A stretch of DNA of 34,345 bases from a virus (lineage: Duplodnaviria; Caudoviricetes): positions 1-34,345 of IMG/VR virus record IMGVR_UViG_3300024249_000021; one strand, 5' to 3'. The translations under genes and the position numbers were made by a program. The number at the start of each line of letters is the position of its first letter. Position 1 is the first letter of the stretch. The notes beneath the pieces are model-generated. The model saw only the letters and a program-made list of their open reading frames with translations, was not told the DNA's origin and made no database searches. Positions 32,725 to 34,345 of the stretch are shown in pieces.

Positions 32725-33875
32725 TAGTTCACGCTCAACTGTTCCAAGACAGGATAAAACTGTACCGTCGGCGGTGGCGCGCAAGCTCCGCCAGGTACGA
32801 CCGTAAACGAGTAACCGATCGAGGTTGAACCCTTCGCGCGCAACGTATACGGAACCATATTGCCAGAGATGTTGCCGACAGTGCCGTTGTTTACGATAGA
32901 AGCCGTGTTCGCGACGGCTCCGTTTTTCGACCATGTAATGTTATCTGTCACGACGCCAGCGCCGTTCGGGTCTTGCCACGATAGTACGAGCTGATAAGTC
33001 GAAGTTCCGGCGCACGCTGCGCCTAAAATCGTTTGATCGAGGTAGCCCGAGAAGCGATACGTGAAGTTCGCCGTTGGCGTCACCATCGGAATTAGCGCCG
33101 TTGTAGCGGTAAATTGCGCAGAAGCGGTATTGTAGACGACGTTCGGGAGCTGTACGACGCAACCGGAGGTGGTCGCTGCCTGTGTACCGTCGGTGCAAAG
33201 CGTTGCGCCGGTGCCGGCAACAGTTCCGGCTGTCATTAACTTAGCACCGCCTCCCTGTAGCGACGTACCGCTTGGCGTGCCGTTAAGAATCGGCGTCGTA
33301 ATCGTCGGCGAAGTCAGCGTCTTGTTCGTCAGTGTTTGCGTCGCCGTAAGCGTAACGAAGCAATCCCATATCGTCGTAAATCCGCGAAAGCAGGGAATAT
33401 CGCTACGATACGCCAGCTCGCCGGCTACGCCCGAAGGATCGACCGTACCGCTTGCAACGATATAGTTCGAACCGCCGTTGATTATCGCGAACGGATTGAT
33501 GTTGCGTTGCTGCCAGACTTGCGCGCCGAGAGAAACGGAGCACGAAGTGTTCGGCACACCTGCATAAAGCGTCAGATCGTAGCCTGTATTGCTAAGCCAG
33601 ATGTTGCTCTCGCCGGCGGCGTCGAGCTGATAGGGATTCGGAGCTTGAAACGTGCCGCTACTGTCTACGTAGATCGCTTGAGGGTTAGATGTTCCTGTAG
33701 CATTTAGCGTAAGGCAGCCATTGGCGAGCGGGATGCCGGTAGAAGAGAGAAACTGCTGGCGAACTAGCTCCAGAGGGGCTACGGCGACCTGTGCCGAGGC
33801 GCAAACCGTACTTAGAAGGAATAATAGCGCCACGAAACAAGTAAATCGATTTACCGAGTTTATTAGCACTCTCAC
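32724..33875 (-). CDS. Signal-peptide-bearing tail fibre with podovirus particle-binding N-domain
   Basis: FVALLFLLSTVCASA|Q; QF....G.PLA.G.L.....GT..P...Y.DS.G....NP..LD.AG...IWL; TATQTLTNKTLTSPTI fibre repeat; 8 Cys. Confidence 0.78.
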   Translation of the reverse strand: MRVLINSVNRFTCFVALLFLLSTVCASAQVAVAPLELVRQQFLSSTGIPLANGCLTLNATGTSNPQAIYVDSSGTFQAPNPYQLDAAGESNIWLSNTGYDLTLYAGVPNTSCSVSLGAQVWQQRNINPFAIINGGSNYIVASGTVDPSGVAGELAYRSDIPCFRGFTTIWDCFVTLTATQTLTNKTLTSPTITTPILNGTPSGTSLQGGGAKLMTAGTVAGTGATLCTDGTQAATTSGCVVQLPNVVYNTASAQFTATTALIPMVTPTANFTYRFSGYLDQTILGAACAGTSTYQLVLSWQDPNGAGVVTDNITWSKNGAVANTASIVNNGTVGNISGNMVPYTLRAKGSTSIGYSFTVVPGGACAPPPTVQFYPVLEQLSVN

Positions 33876-34345
33876 GAACCCCCTTTTAGCCTAATTTTCA
33901 GCGCATTCTGCGCTTCGGCCTGCTCTTTTAGCTTTGCGACGATCTCGGCTTCACCCATACCCTTCGGAACGCTAATACGCACCCCGCTTGGCGTCTCGGC
34001 CCACTTTACGCCGAGAGAGTCGGTTTTTAGGGTGTAGGGAGCGCCGCTAATGCTGATCGTTTGCGGCGAGCGAAGCGTGATCGGTGCTGTCGTAGCGCCA
34101 CGCCCTGCGCCGGAGGCCGTAGAGCTGGGCGGCAAGTACGAAAGCGGGTCGCGCGGCATCGAGAGCTTCGCGGCAAGCCCCATCTTTGCTTGATTCCACG
34201 GCTTTAACTGATCGAGAGATTGCAGGCTCGCAGCCGTTCCGCTCGGATTCGGATCGTAGTTTAACCGACGGGCAAGATTCGCCTGTATGTAAAGCTCTTT
34301 TGTTTTTTCCGGTCCGAAGAGCGCTTTAAGGTACGAATCAGAATA
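33872..34345 (-). CDS. Partial CDS: C-terminus of a probable DNA ejection/internal virion protein
   Basis: Frame is open from 33872 to the window edge (...LKALFGPEK...PNPSGTAA...); position before the tail genes as in P22-like phages. Confidence 0.55.
   Translation of the reverse strand, partial: YSDSYLKALFGPEKTKELYIQANLARRLNYDPNPSGTAASLQSLDQLKPWNQAKMGLAAKLSMPRDPLSYLPPSSTASGAGRGATTAPITLRSPQTISISGAPYTLKTDSLGVKWAETPSGVRISVPKGMGEAEIVAKLKEQAEAQNALKIRLKGGS

Noticed and set aside
1-34345. Alternative genetic code
   Set aside because: Core genes are full length in the standard code and all three stop codons terminate genes

Overview
The whole window is tailed-phage DNA with P22-like (podovirus-type) head genes and appears to be most of one circularly permuted genome. 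Left arm (- strand): TerS, TerL, nine small genes, portal, scaffold, coat and a signal-peptide protein. A divergent non-coding region (~9864-10376) looks like origin plus promoters. The + strand early arm encodes a DCL/DUF3223-HNH-like protein, Prim-Pol/VapE primase-helicase, Zn-finger proteins, a DNA methyltransferase, RHH regulators, VRR-NUC, SNF2 helicase, an SSB-like protein and many small ORFs. Right arm (- strand): end of a probable ejection protein, seven tail/fibre-type genes, a LuxR HTH and a lysis cassette. I saw no integrase, DNA polymerase, tRNA or CRISPR. The main signal is that eight virion-module proteins begin with signal-peptide-like N-termini followed by Gln (five clear Sec/SPase I type, three weaker). 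Their mature regions have even Cys counts (4, 8, 12, 2, 26, 0, 2, 2), suggesting periplasmic export and disulfide maturation of phage structural proteins. Also notable: a tandem HiPIP-like Fe-S protein in the head module, a TerL Walker B lacking its acidic pair, a leaderless RHH gene with a candidate operator, and three structured intergenic regions. The host is probably a diderm, possibly Acidobacteriota (inference). All family calls are from motif recognition by eye; no searches were run.
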